Origin: a bacterium
GTDB taxonomy: Bacteria; Electryoneota; Electryoneia; Electryoneales; Electryoneaceae
NCBI GenBank assembly: GCA_963675295.2
Contig: CAXXKJ010000002.1
Coordinates: 2,784,001 to 2,848,000 of the forward strand
Direction: 5' to 3'
DNA length: 64,000 nucleotides
The position numbers were made by a program, and so were the translations under genes. A model generated the notes under the pieces. The model was not told the DNA's origin, ran no database searches, and saw nothing but the letters and a program-made list of their open reading frames with translations. Positions 48,282-57,776 of this stretch are shown here, in pieces (position 1 is the stretch's first letter; every line of letters starts with the position of its first letter).

Positions 48282-50081
48282 ATGAAACGCATCATACTTC
48301 TGTGCACAATACTAGTGTTCCCTCTGCTCGCGATGGCTCAGCCAACGTGGGATGAACAGATTATCGCGATCAATACGGACGGCCCGATTATCGTTCACAC
48401 GGCTGACATCGACGGTGACGGCGACATGGACGTTGTCAATTCCGGTTGGTTTGACGATAAGATCGTGTGGCACGAAAACCTGCCCAATGGCTGGAATTCG
48501 CACACCATCGATCCGGAGTTTCCCGGAAATCGAACCGTCTCCCCCGTTGACATTGATCTCGATGGCGACATGGATGTCTTGTCCGCAGCGTTTTCAGGTG
48601 ATGAACTCGCGTGGTATGAACAGGATGGTAACAACTGGACCAAGCACGTGATCTCCAGCGCCGTGGACGGCCCCGTCGGCGTCGAGGGTGTTGATCTCGA
48701 TCAGGACGGCGACATTGACGTCCTCTGCACTGCCTTTAACGGCGACAAGATCTACTGGTTCGAGAATGAAAATCTGAGTTTCACCGAACATGAAATCGGG
48801 CGGAACTACAATGGCGCAAACGGGATCATGTCGTTCGACATCGACCAGGACGGCGACATCGATATCGCGACCAGTTCACAGGAAGGCAACCAGATCTCGT
48901 GGTGGGAAAACGATAATTTCAACTGGATCGAACACGACTTGAGCCAGAACATGGCGTCGGCACGTTGTGTCGCGGTGGGTGACATGGACGGTGACGGCGA
49001 TCCGGACATTGTCGGCGCTGCAGTGATCGCGGATGAAATCGCGTGGTGGGAGAACCGTGGCGGCGGTGAATTCGCCAAGCACATCGTCTCCTGCGGATTT
49101 GACGGCGCACGGTACGTGAAGATCATTGATGTCGACAACGACGGCGACAACGACCTCGTCGCTACCGCGCTGTGGCAGGATGAAGTTGCGTGGTTTGAAA
49201 ATGTTGGCGATGATTTTACCAAGCACGTTGTCAGTAGCGATTTGTACCTGGCCAAAGGCGTGGACGCGGCAGATCTGGATGATGACGGCGATATCGATAT
49301 CGTTGGTGCTTCCTACCAGGCCGATAACATCATCGTTTACACGCAGGACCCGGATCAGAATCGGGATAAGGTCAGCATCGAATTGACCCCGCACGAATAC
49401 CCGATCACGGTGCAGCGTGAAGAAGAATTCCTGCTCGATCTGGAAATCAACATCGATAACTTCTTCATCGGGTACTACGGTATCTGGATCGAAATCATGC
49501 TCCCGAACGGGCACATCTACGGTCCAACGTACTACAACGACGTCTGGGTGATTTTCTCGCGAACGATCACTTCGAACAACTACTCACAGTACATCCCGGC
49601 GAACGCGCCGTACGGCGAATACCAGTGGATGATGAGTGTCGGCGATTCCGGCGAACATGCATACCAGACGGCTTCGTTCCGTTTCACCGTCGAACCGAGC
49701 CAAAGCGCGGATGAAGCCTCCGTTGGCGAGACGAAGCCCGGCGACTGGACCGTGACCGGACTCGACATTCCGGAATATGAAGACGAAGCGGCGGCGGATT
49801 TCTTCGCCCAGCCGCGTGAGACAGCACTCGGTAAGGCATACCCGAATCCGTTCAACGCGCAGGTGGTGATTCCATTGAGTGTTGCGAATGACAGCGACGT
49901 TCGCCTCACGGTGCACAACACGCTGGGCCAGGAAGTTGCGGTGCTGCAGGATGGAACGTTGATTGGCGGCACCCACGAGTTCAGCTTCCAGGCACAGAAC
50001 CTGAGCACCGGCCTGTATTTCGTGCAGGCGACGGTGGACGGTCGTCCCCTCGCACCGCAGAAGCTGATGCTGCTGTGGTAA
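48282..50081 (+). CDS. Secreted FG-GAP repeat protein with T9SS-type CTD
   Basis: Signal peptide; seven DxDxDGDxD repeats; YPNPFN...QKLMLLW. Confidence 0.88.
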   Translation: MKRIILLCTILVFPLLAMAQPTWDEQIIAINTDGPIIVHTADIDGDGDMDVVNSGWFDDKIVWHENLPNGWNSHTIDPEFPGNRTVSPVDIDLDGDMDVLSAAFSGDELAWYEQDGNNWTKHVISSAVDGPVGVEGVDLDQDGDIDVLCTAFNGDKIYWFENENLSFTEHEIGRNYNGANGIMSFDIDQDGDIDIATSSQEGNQISWWENDNFNWIEHDLSQNMASARCVAVGDMDGDGDPDIVGAAVIADEIAWWENRGGGEFAKHIVSCGFDGARYVKIIDVDNDGDNDLVATALWQDEVAWFENVGDDFTKHVVSSDLYLAKGVDAADLDDDGDIDIVGASYQADNIIVYTQDPDQNRDKVSIELTPHEYPITVQREEEFLLDLEINIDNFFIGYYGIWIEIMLPNGHIYGPTYYNDVWVIFSRTITSNNYSQYIPANAPYGEYQWMMSVGDSGEHAYQTASFRFTVEPSQSADEASVGETKPGDWTVTGLDIPEYEDEAAADFFAQPRETALGKAYPNPFNAQVVIPLSVANDSDVRLTVHNTLGQEVAVLQDGTLIGGTHEFSFQAQNLSTGLYFVQATVDGRPLAPQKLMLLW

Positions 50082-50140
50082 CTGGTGGGCCGGTAATCGG
50101 TCATACGACGCCGGTCTATCGTCTACCATGTACTAGCAAT

Positions 50141-50176
50141 AAACCGCGACCACCAGATGGTGATCGCGGTTTTCTT
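50141..50176. terminator. Bidirectional terminator between the FG-GAP gene and tRNA-Val
   Basis: AAACCGCGACCACCA-GA-TGGTGATCGCGGTTT. Confidence 0.75.
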
Positions 50177-50177
50177 G

Positions 50178-50251
50178 TGGGCGATACTGGATTCGAACCA
50201 GTGACTTCCACCTTGTAAGGGTGGCACTCTAACCAGCTGAGTTAATCGCCC
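50178..50251 (-). tRNA. tRNA-Val(TAC), CCA not encoded
   Basis: GGGCGATTAACTCAGCTGGTTAGAGTGCCACCCTTACAAGGTGGAAGTCACTGGTTCGAATCCAGTATCGCCCA forms a full cloverleaf. Confidence 0.96.
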
Positions 50252-50264
50252 GAGAGTGGTTGGC

Positions 50265-50567
50265 TCAGGTCTTTGCCTTGTCTCGTACAAGGATGGACAC
50301 CGGCAGCAGTACGACGTAGCCGATTACCAGCAGGATCGGGCCGAGGGTCAGCGACGCGAAGCTGTCATACGGTCCCTGGCCGAGAAACACGTATCCGATG
50401 ATGATCACTGCCAGCGAGCCGAGGAACCAGTACAGGTTCTTGCGTGAGAACGGCCACGTGAACCGATCCTTCTGAACCACCGAGGGTCTCGGTTTAGGCT
50501 GTTCGAGGGCGGATTTCGCTTCGGGTCCGGTTTTCTTCTGCTTCGACTTCTCGCTGGTAGCTGCCAT
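50265..50567 (-). CDS. Small two-TM membrane protein (DUF3098-like)
   Basis: PFSRKNL...IIIGYVFL...SLTLGPILLVIGY. Confidence 0.72.
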   Translation of the reverse strand: MAATSEKSKQKKTGPEAKSALEQPKPRPSVVQKDRFTWPFSRKNLYWFLGSLAVIIIGYVFLGQGPYDSFASLTLGPILLVIGYVVLLPVSILVRDKAKT

Positions 50568-50758
50568 TGTTCTGGTCTTCTCTCGCTGAACAGGGTTGCT
50601 GCACGGTTGTTCGCGGCTTGACGGATCGAGTTTCGCGAACAGCCCGTAACGTACACTCGGACAGGACTCCCGGTCAACGCGGAGTCCCGCTTGAACCTCG
50701 TGGGTCCATCCCCTAGTTTGGGAACACAACATTCGTGAAAACCTAGCAGGATCCACGC

Positions 50759-53002
50759 ATGCACAGCATCCGCCCGGGTCTCGTTCTGGTTCTGTTCACC
50801 CTGCTTCTGGGTGGAACGTTCCTGCGGACCCACGCCGTCCCCCCCGCCGTCACTGATTCATCCATGGCCTACCTCAAGCGTCTCGCGGACCCGGAACTGT
50901 ACCAGGGCCGGAAATCCGGTTCAGAAGGCGGGAATGCGTCCCAGATGTGGATCGCCGACCAGTTTGACCGCTGGGGCCTGCAACCGTTGATCGGCGACAG
51001 CACTCTCGTCCGCTACCCGATGTTGGCGACCGTAGAAAAAAAGGCGAAGCTGGTGCTGTTGGATACCGAACGGTACGGCGATCTCGAGTTTCTGCTCGGC
51101 GACGATTACACGGTTACGGTCAACAGCGGCAGTGGCAAGGTGACCGCGCCGGTGGTACTCGTCGGGCACGGCATCTCAAAGCCGGACAAGGGCTGGGATG
51201 ATTACGGCGATGCCGATGTCTCCGGCAAGATCGTCGTCATCCTGCGTGGCAAGCCGACCAGTGACGAACAGTGGGATGACGAATACCGCCGTACGTACCT
51301 GCTCAACGAGGCGAAATCCCGTGGCGCGGCTGGTGTGTTGTTCTACATGGGTGAAAACGTGATCGGCGGCGCGGCAATCATGGAAGACGCGTACAGTCCG
51401 GACATCCCCAGTGTGGTTATCGGCGAACGAGTGCTGAACCATTTGTTCTACGGCACCGGTTTCACGCACGAAATCTACAAGCGCGTGCTGAAGAAGGAAC
51501 CCCGGGTACTTGAATTCGGCAAACGCATGCGTATCGAGACGAAGGTCGAACGCATCGAGGATGGTCACGGCTACAACGTCGCCGGAGTCGTCCCAGGTAC
51601 CGACCCAAACCTGGCGCAGGAAGCGGTGTTGCTCGGTGGGCATGGTGACCACGTCGGCCCGAACGCGCTCGGGCATGTCTACACCGGCGCGGATGACAAC
51701 GGATCGGGCGCATGCGTGGTGATGGAGCTGGCGCGTGTGTTCGCACAGAACCCGCAGCCTCGCACGATGATCTTCATGGTGTTCGGCGGCGAAGAACAGG
51801 GCCTGCTCGGCAGCCGGGCGTTGGCGGCCGAATTGCCGGAAACGTATGACTACATCACGATGGTCAACCTCGACATGGCCGGCCGTGGTGAAGGTGTCAC
51901 CGGTCTCGGCGGCGGTCAGGCGATTCCGGACCTGTGGTACGATTTCTACGCATCGTTGTCCGACAGCATGCGCGGCCAGATTCAGCAGCGGCGGTCATGG
52001 GGTGGGTTCAGCTCGGACCACGCCTATTTCCGCGAAGCAGGGATCCCGGCGTTCACCGCCTACAGCAAGGGCTCGCACGACCATTACCACAGCACCGAGG
52101 ACCGTTACGAGACCATTGACACCCGTGCGATTGGCGGCGCTCTGTCCGCCATCAGCCTGTGGCTGGAAACGGTCGCCACTCACCCGGAACCATTGACTAG
52201 TGAATACCAGTCGGAACGGGTTGTCTGGCATTCGGGGTATGGCTTCCGCTGGGCGGAACTGAGCGAGGATCTCGATGCCGATATCGCCGTCGCCCGGGAG
52301 TTCAACCACCAGGGATATGTCGCCACGGTGCTCAGCACCTATCCACCGACCAACGAGATCGAACGAGACCTGTTCGAGGAGACGCTTGATCACTACCGTG
52401 ACCGTCTCGAGCTGGAGGACGACCTTGCGCTGGGCGAATCGCTGGCGAATGTGCGTGGGAACGCCTACAACCTGCGCGGGACGGTATTTCTCGCGGTCGA
52501 AGGCGACGCGTTGACCAGCGCCGACAGCACGCGGATGGAATTCTGGGACGCGCTCGGCCTCCACTGGGTCCGGCTGGAGCAGCTAACGGCATGGCTCGGG
52601 AACGGGGAACTGCGTTTCGACAAACAGGGAATCGTGCGCGCGTGGAAGAAACTGGACACGATTGTCCAGCTGCCACTGGCAAACGCAACGGACTGGCTGC
52701 TGCTGTTGCCAGATCTGGGGCCGGTGCTGTTCACTGGGGATTGGGATGCGTTTGCTGCACTCGACGACGAAACCCGTTCAGCGTTGAAAGACAACGGCGC
52801 GCACCTGCTGGTTCATGTTCCGCACGCCGATCTGCCGGATGCTATCGCCGCGACCGAACAGTTCCACGACCTTCAGGTGCACCTGCAGCCGGTTGGCGAT
52901 GACTACAGCGAAACCTTGAGCTGGATCCGGCTCGCGTTGGATGACGGCCTGGAGAAGGAAGAGCTGAAAAACTGGATCGGCGGGTATTTCGGGATGTGGT
53001 GA
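50759..53002 (+). CDS. Secreted M28-family aminopeptidase with PA domain and C-terminal extension
   Basis: GHGDH, GADDNGSG, GEEQGLLGS, NLDM, SDH, YHSTED. Confidence 0.9.
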   Translation: MHSIRPGLVLVLFTLLLGGTFLRTHAVPPAVTDSSMAYLKRLADPELYQGRKSGSEGGNASQMWIADQFDRWGLQPLIGDSTLVRYPMLATVEKKAKLVLLDTERYGDLEFLLGDDYTVTVNSGSGKVTAPVVLVGHGISKPDKGWDDYGDADVSGKIVVILRGKPTSDEQWDDEYRRTYLLNEAKSRGAAGVLFYMGENVIGGAAIMEDAYSPDIPSVVIGERVLNHLFYGTGFTHEIYKRVLKKEPRVLEFGKRMRIETKVERIEDGHGYNVAGVVPGTDPNLAQEAVLLGGHGDHVGPNALGHVYTGADDNGSGACVVMELARVFAQNPQPRTMIFMVFGGEEQGLLGSRALAAELPETYDYITMVNLDMAGRGEGVTGLGGGQAIPDLWYDFYASLSDSMRGQIQQRRSWGGFSSDHAYFREAGIPAFTAYSKGSHDHYHSTEDRYETIDTRAIGGALSAISLWLETVATHPEPLTSEYQSERVVWHSGYGFRWAELSEDLDADIAVAREFNHQGYVATVLSTYPPTNEIERDLFEETLDHYRDRLELEDDLALGESLANVRGNAYNLRGTVFLAVEGDALTSADSTRMEFWDALGLHWVRLEQLTAWLGNGELRFDKQGIVRAWKKLDTIVQLPLANATDWLLLLPDLGPVLFTGDWDAFAALDDETRSALKDNGAHLLVHVPHADLPDAIAATEQFHDLQVHLQPVGDDYSETLSWIRLALDDGLEKEELKNWIGGYFGMW

Positions 53003-53008
53003 TACGAC

Positions 53009-53036
53009 GGGCTCTGGGCTCTGGGCTCTGGGCTCT
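53009..53036. repeat. Heptamer tandem repeat (GGGCTCT)x4
   Basis: Four exact copies just after the peptidase stop codon. Confidence 0.9.
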
Positions 53037-53045
53037 GAAAGAAAA

Positions 53046-53069
53046 TGCCACGGACTTGAGTCCGTGGCA
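53046..53069. terminator. Perfect palindrome between convergent genes (terminator or REP-like)
   Basis: TGCCACGGACT-TG-AGTCCGTGGCA. Confidence 0.6.
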
Positions 53070-53126
53070 AAACTCTACTAGCTGCGATATAGAATCACAA
53101 GACCGCTGATCGTAGACCGCGCAGCC

Positions 53127-54017
53127 CTATCTACTTTCCCACGCCAGCTGCTCCGCGTACAGTGTGTTCTTCAGTAGCAGCGCGACGGTCATAGGGCCGA
53201 CACCGCCCGGAACGGGGGTAATCAGTGACGCCCGCGGTTCGGCTTCGGCGTAGTTGACATCACCCGTCAACCGGTAGCCGCGTTTCTTCGTCGCATCCTC
53301 GACACGGTTCATCCCGACATCGATCACCACCGCGCCTTCCTTGACCATGTCACCGGTGACAAACTCCGGCTGTCCAATGGCGGCGATCAGGATGTCCGCC
53401 TTGCGGGTCTGATCCGCAATGTCAACAGTCCGGCTGTGGCACAGGGTAACCGTCGCGTTCGCCCCCTTGGCTTTGCGCATCAGCAGCATCGCCATCGGGG
53501 TGCCGACCAGGTGGCTGCGTCCGAGCACCACCGCATGCTTGCCTTGCGGATCGACACCGTAGCGTTCGAGCAGCTCCATCACGCCCAATGGTGTACACGG
53601 CACGAACTTCGGCTGGTTCAACGCGAGAAGCCCCATGTTCATCGGGTGAAAGCCGTCCACGTCCTTCATCGGATCAATCGCGCGTACGACCTCGTCCTCA
53701 TCCAACCCAGCCGGCAACGGTGACTGCACCAGCAGGCCGTTGTAGCGGTCGTCGGCGTTGATCTCACGCACCTTGGCGAGCAGATCTTCCTGCGTGGTGT
53801 CGGCGGGCATACGTTCGATCAGCGACCGCATTCCGGTTTGTTCGCACGCTTTCTCCTTCATGTTGACGTAGACCTTCGACGCGGGATCATCGCCCACCAG
53901 AATCAACGCCAGCCCGGGTTGACGGCCGTCTTTCGCGCGCTTCGCGACTTCGTCCGCGACTTCCTGCCGCAAGGCTGCCGCGACGGCTTTACCGTCAATG
54001 ATTTTATCGCCATTCAT
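53127..54017 (-). CDS. folD: Methylenetetrahydrofolate dehydrogenase/cyclohydrolase
   Basis: KDVDGFHP, PCTPLG, TPVPGGVGPMT. Confidence 0.97.
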   Translation of the reverse strand: MNGDKIIDGKAVAAALRQEVADEVAKRAKDGRQPGLALILVGDDPASKVYVNMKEKACEQTGMRSLIERMPADTTQEDLLAKVREINADDRYNGLLVQSPLPAGLDEDEVVRAIDPMKDVDGFHPMNMGLLALNQPKFVPCTPLGVMELLERYGVDPQGKHAVVLGRSHLVGTPMAMLLMRKAKGANATVTLCHSRTVDIADQTRKADILIAAIGQPEFVTGDMVKEGAVVIDVGMNRVEDATKKRGYRLTGDVNYAEAEPRASLITPVPGGVGPMTVALLLKNTLYAEQLAWESR

Positions 54018-54973
54018 GGATGAACTCCGTGTTGCAGGTTTCGTGCGTAGGAACGAGAATAGAGCTGGAAAACGAGATAGTCAAACACCTTTGCTGGCCA
54101 CGGGAATCTCGGGAACGCGGTGACCAGGCAGTTGATGAATTCAAACACCGGTTCGCTGCACAGATTTCGTAGTAGCCATGGCCGAATAACACCGGCCATT
54201 AGTCCCCGTCCCGGCCGGATGCGCAGTTTGTTCAGCGAGAGTTGGCATTCCAGGTGCGGGTGTCTGTCAAGCAGACGCGGGATCGCGTGGTCGCTGAACG
54301 CCTGGTAGCGTTGTACTTGCTGGGTCCACGTGATGTCGTGTTCGTGAAAGCTCCGCGCGCGGGGTTCGTAATAGAAAAACATGCCCGCGTTTTCGAGCCG
54401 GATCGCGAACTCGAGGTCTTCCCCACCCCATCCCTCGAAGCCTTCGTCAAACTCACTGGCAATGTCGAGGACGTGTCGCGGAAACGCCGAGTTGCCGCTG
54501 GTGAAGTAGCGCCCCGGGATGCGATCGCCGGGGTGATGCTTGTGCGCGCCACGTGTGTGCGAATACTGGAGAAAGGCGCTCGGATTCAACGATGGGTGCG
54601 GATCGTACCGTCCGGCAATGACACCATCCGTATGCAGCACCGCCCGGACCATCATCTCCAGCCACACCGTCACCGGTTCCATGTCACTGTCGATGAAAGC
54701 GATAATCTCACCCTTCGCCAGTTGCAGCGCGAGGTTACGCGCACGGGCACGGCCGACATTGTTCTCCAGGCGATGGGCTTCGATGGCGAAGGGAGTGTCC
54801 GGAGTATCGTACCATTCGGGCGGATCTTCCCAGCTGGCGTCGTCGATCACGATCCAGGTGAATTTCGCGTGCGGGTAGGTTTGCGCGGCGAGGGCGTGCT
54901 TGAGCCGGTTCAGGGTTCGCATCGGCCCGTGGTGGATGGTGAGCACGCTGACTGTCGGCGCATCCCGAAGCAT
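54014..54973 (-). CDS. Glycosyltransferase family 2
   Basis: IVIDDAS, ARARN, FIDSD, FDEGFEGWGGEDLE. Confidence 0.9.
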   Translation of the reverse strand: MLRDAPTVSVLTIHHGPMRTLNRLKHALAAQTYPHAKFTWIVIDDASWEDPPEWYDTPDTPFAIEAHRLENNVGRARARNLALQLAKGEIIAFIDSDMEPVTVWLEMMVRAVLHTDGVIAGRYDPHPSLNPSAFLQYSHTRGAHKHHPGDRIPGRYFTSGNSAFPRHVLDIASEFDEGFEGWGGEDLEFAIRLENAGMFFYYEPRARSFHEHDITWTQQVQRYQAFSDHAIPRLLDRHPHLECQLSLNKLRIRPGRGLMAGVIRPWLLRNLCSEPVFEFINCLVTAFPRFPWPAKVFDYLVFQLYSRSYARNLQHGVHP

Positions 54974-54981
54974 CGCTTCCC

Positions 54982-56010
54982 TTACAGTTCAACCGCCCGC
55001 AGCAGTTCGGCGGCCTGTTCAGGTGGAGTGCTGTTGATGTGGAATCCGGTGCCGAATTCGAACCCGGCGAGGTTGCCAAGGCGTGGCAGGATCATCAGCC
55101 TCCAGTGCCAGTCCAGCTCGAGCGTGCTCCACTGCGCCGGCCGTGGGTCGATGGTATCCGAATTCGGTGCGGTCACGAGGGTGAAGTTGTATGGCGGATC
55201 GTCCAGCGCGGCCTTGATCCGTGTCAGTACGTCCCGCATCAAGTACATGAACTCACGGATGTCCTTATCCGTCATGCGGCGGAAATCGTGCTGATGGAAA
55301 CGTGGCATGATCCACGTTTCAAAGTTAAAGCGGCTGGCGTACGGACAGAACGCGACGAATCGATCCGTGACCTGCACCAGACGGTCACGTTGATCCAGTT
55401 CCTGCGCCAGCATGTCGCACAACAGGCAGCGATTCTTGTCGCTGTAGTGGTCGCGTGCGGCCTGCAATTCCAGCGCGACTTGCATCGGAGTTACAGTCAT
55501 CGCCGCGATCTGCGTGTGCGGGTGCGACAGGCTCGCTCCCGCCGCCTTGCCGTGGTTGCGAAACAGGATGACGTACTTCAGCCGCCGGTCGCGGAACAGG
55601 TCGATGATGCGATCCCGGTATGCAATCCCGAGGTTGTAAATGTGCTCGTCATCAAGCTGCGGCAGGTCGTCATAGCGGCTCGGCGTTTCGATCACCAATT
55701 CGTGCGCGCCGACGCCGTTCATCTTGTCGTAAATGCCATTCCCGCGCCGGTCGAGGTCACCCTCGACGCGGAACGCGGGAAATTTGTTCGGTACCACACG
55801 CAGTTGCCAACCCGGTCCGTTTTTCTTACTGCCCGGAGCACGAACGGCGAAGATCTCGGACGTCGTTTCCGACTCATTGCCTTCGGCGAATGGATCAAAC
55901 CCGTCGATATCCTCGTCCGCGCGGCGGTAATCCGTCGGACGGATGCCCCGTTCCGGCGCGATAATCACCCACCGGCGCTGCAACGGATCGTGTCGCATCT
56001 CTGCGTGCAT
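54982..56010 (-). CDS. galT: Galactose-1-phosphate uridylyltransferase family protein
   Basis: RVVPNKFPA, GAHELVIET, GASLSHPHTQ (HxHxQ), AGFEFGTG. Confidence 0.9.
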   Translation of the reverse strand: MHAEMRHDPLQRRWVIIAPERGIRPTDYRRADEDIDGFDPFAEGNESETTSEIFAVRAPGSKKNGPGWQLRVVPNKFPAFRVEGDLDRRGNGIYDKMNGVGAHELVIETPSRYDDLPQLDDEHIYNLGIAYRDRIIDLFRDRRLKYVILFRNHGKAAGASLSHPHTQIAAMTVTPMQVALELQAARDHYSDKNRCLLCDMLAQELDQRDRLVQVTDRFVAFCPYASRFNFETWIMPRFHQHDFRRMTDKDIREFMYLMRDVLTRIKAALDDPPYNFTLVTAPNSDTIDPRPAQWSTLELDWHWRLMILPRLGNLAGFEFGTGFHINSTPPEQAAELLRAVEL

Positions 56011-56016
56011 AGGGGT

Positions 56017-57735
56017 TTACGCCCACATGTTGAGGTCGATGTCCGGGAACAACGGATCGCGCTTGCAGATCGTGTCGTACTTCTCCCACATCTCGCCGGT
56101 GATTTCCTCGCCGTTCAGGTACTTGTCGATCAAGTTCCGGATGAACTCGAAGTCGTTGGCGTGCAAATTGATCCGCATTTCGGCGTAATCCGCCGCCGCG
56201 ATGGTGCTGATCAGGAACTGCCAGTCGCTGGCTTCAAGCACCAGCAGCTCACGCGCGAGCTGCTCGAGCATTTCCTTCAGCTTGCCGCTGGCGTCCTTGT
56301 GTTCACGGACCAGTCGCGTCATGTGCTTTTCGGCGGCATGGATCAGCGGCCAGGTCCACGCGGTCTTGTCGTTGAGCCAGATGTAGTGATGGCCGCCTTC
56401 GCCCCACGACCCTTCTGGCAGTTTGATCAACGGCGCGTCATGCGAATCGTTGATCAGCTCGAACCCATGCGCGGCGTCAAGCTTGTTCTCGTTCGCGATC
56501 AACGACAGCACCTTCTCGAGAAAGTGCGGACCCTCGAACCACCAGTGGCCGAACAGCTCGGTGTCGAATGGACTGACGACGAAGCGGTCATCGACGGGAA
56601 TATCCGCGCCGGCGATCGTCTCCTGCAGCAAACCATAGAAATGGTCGGCGTTTTCGCCAAGGCGGCCTTCGATCTTACCCGGCACGTACTCTTCCTTGTC
56701 GCCGAGGTCGGCGTCCGAACGGGTGACACGCCAGTACTTGTGTCCGCCCGGGAAGTGCTTTTTGTGGAAATCGAGGTAATTGCCGTCACCCGGATAGCCG
56801 TATTCACCAGACCACACCTGCAGCGAGGTCTTGGAGTCACGGGTCAGAATCCCGACGGGGCCTTCCTTGTCTTCGCCGACGGTGCTGTCGAGGAAGTAGG
56901 CGCGATAAGGCGTGCGATTCTGCGCGGCGGCGAACTCACGGGCTTTCTCGTTGTCCGCCTGCTCCCACAACTGCCTCAAGCCTTCGAAGCGGTCGAGGTA
57001 GGTTCCCACCGCCTGGCCACCCTTGGTCAGGTGCGAGTCGACGATGAAGTAGCGGAGGCCGTGCTTCTGCACCAATTCCTCGACGCCCTTGCGGTCGAAG
57101 CCGGGATCGTCCAGATCAACCGGGCTGCTCCAGTGGTACGCGGGACGGTACGCACATTCCGGCAGCCAGATGCCTTTCGGCTTGCGTCCGAAATGACGCT
57201 CATGCGACTTCACCGCCATCGCAATCTGCGCGTTGACCGCCTCATCCGTGCCGAGCAGCGGCAGGTAGCCGTGCGTCGCGCCGCAGGTAATGATTTCGAT
57301 GGTGCCGGCGTCCAGCAGATCGCGAAACCCGCTGAGGATGTTCGTCTTCAACGGACCGTTGAAGTCCGCCTTGACGTCCGAATACCAGTCGACCCACATC
57401 TTCGCGACGGTGGCCTTATTCTCGTCCCCGGCCGCCTTGAAGGAATTCAAATCCTCCTTCGCGGTAAGGATGCGGGAATCGAGGTAGCCGTTAAACTCGT
57501 CGACAAACGTCGGATCAGCCAGCTGTTCCGCGAGCACCGGGCTGATGCCGATGGTGATCGCCGCTTTCTTACCCTGGTTCTTGAACTCGCTGAACACGCG
57601 CCACAGCGGGATGTACGTTTCCGCGGCGGCTTCGTTGAGCCACACCGATCCGTGCGGCCAGGTGCCATGCGTCAGCACATACGGCAGGTGCGAGTGCAGG
57701 ACAAAGGTGAATCTACCAAGTGTTGTATCAGCCAT
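56017..57735 (-). CDS. GH57 1,4-alpha-glucan branching enzyme
   Basis: HSHLPYV, ETYIPL, THGYLPL, WLPECAY, PFDTELFGHWWFEG, ASDWQF. Confidence 0.93.
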   Translation of the reverse strand: MADTTLGRFTFVLHSHLPYVLTHGTWPHGSVWLNEAAAETYIPLWRVFSEFKNQGKKAAITIGISPVLAEQLADPTFVDEFNGYLDSRILTAKEDLNSFKAAGDENKATVAKMWVDWYSDVKADFNGPLKTNILSGFRDLLDAGTIEIITCGATHGYLPLLGTDEAVNAQIAMAVKSHERHFGRKPKGIWLPECAYRPAYHWSSPVDLDDPGFDRKGVEELVQKHGLRYFIVDSHLTKGGQAVGTYLDRFEGLRQLWEQADNEKAREFAAAQNRTPYRAYFLDSTVGEDKEGPVGILTRDSKTSLQVWSGEYGYPGDGNYLDFHKKHFPGGHKYWRVTRSDADLGDKEEYVPGKIEGRLGENADHFYGLLQETIAGADIPVDDRFVVSPFDTELFGHWWFEGPHFLEKVLSLIANENKLDAAHGFELINDSHDAPLIKLPEGSWGEGGHHYIWLNDKTAWTWPLIHAAEKHMTRLVREHKDASGKLKEMLEQLARELLVLEASDWQFLISTIAAADYAEMRINLHANDFEFIRNLIDKYLNGEEITGEMWEKYDTICKRDPLFPDIDLNMWA

Positions 57736-57776
57736 GATCGTATCCAAAACCTTCTTTTTCGTGTGAGAACTGCTGG

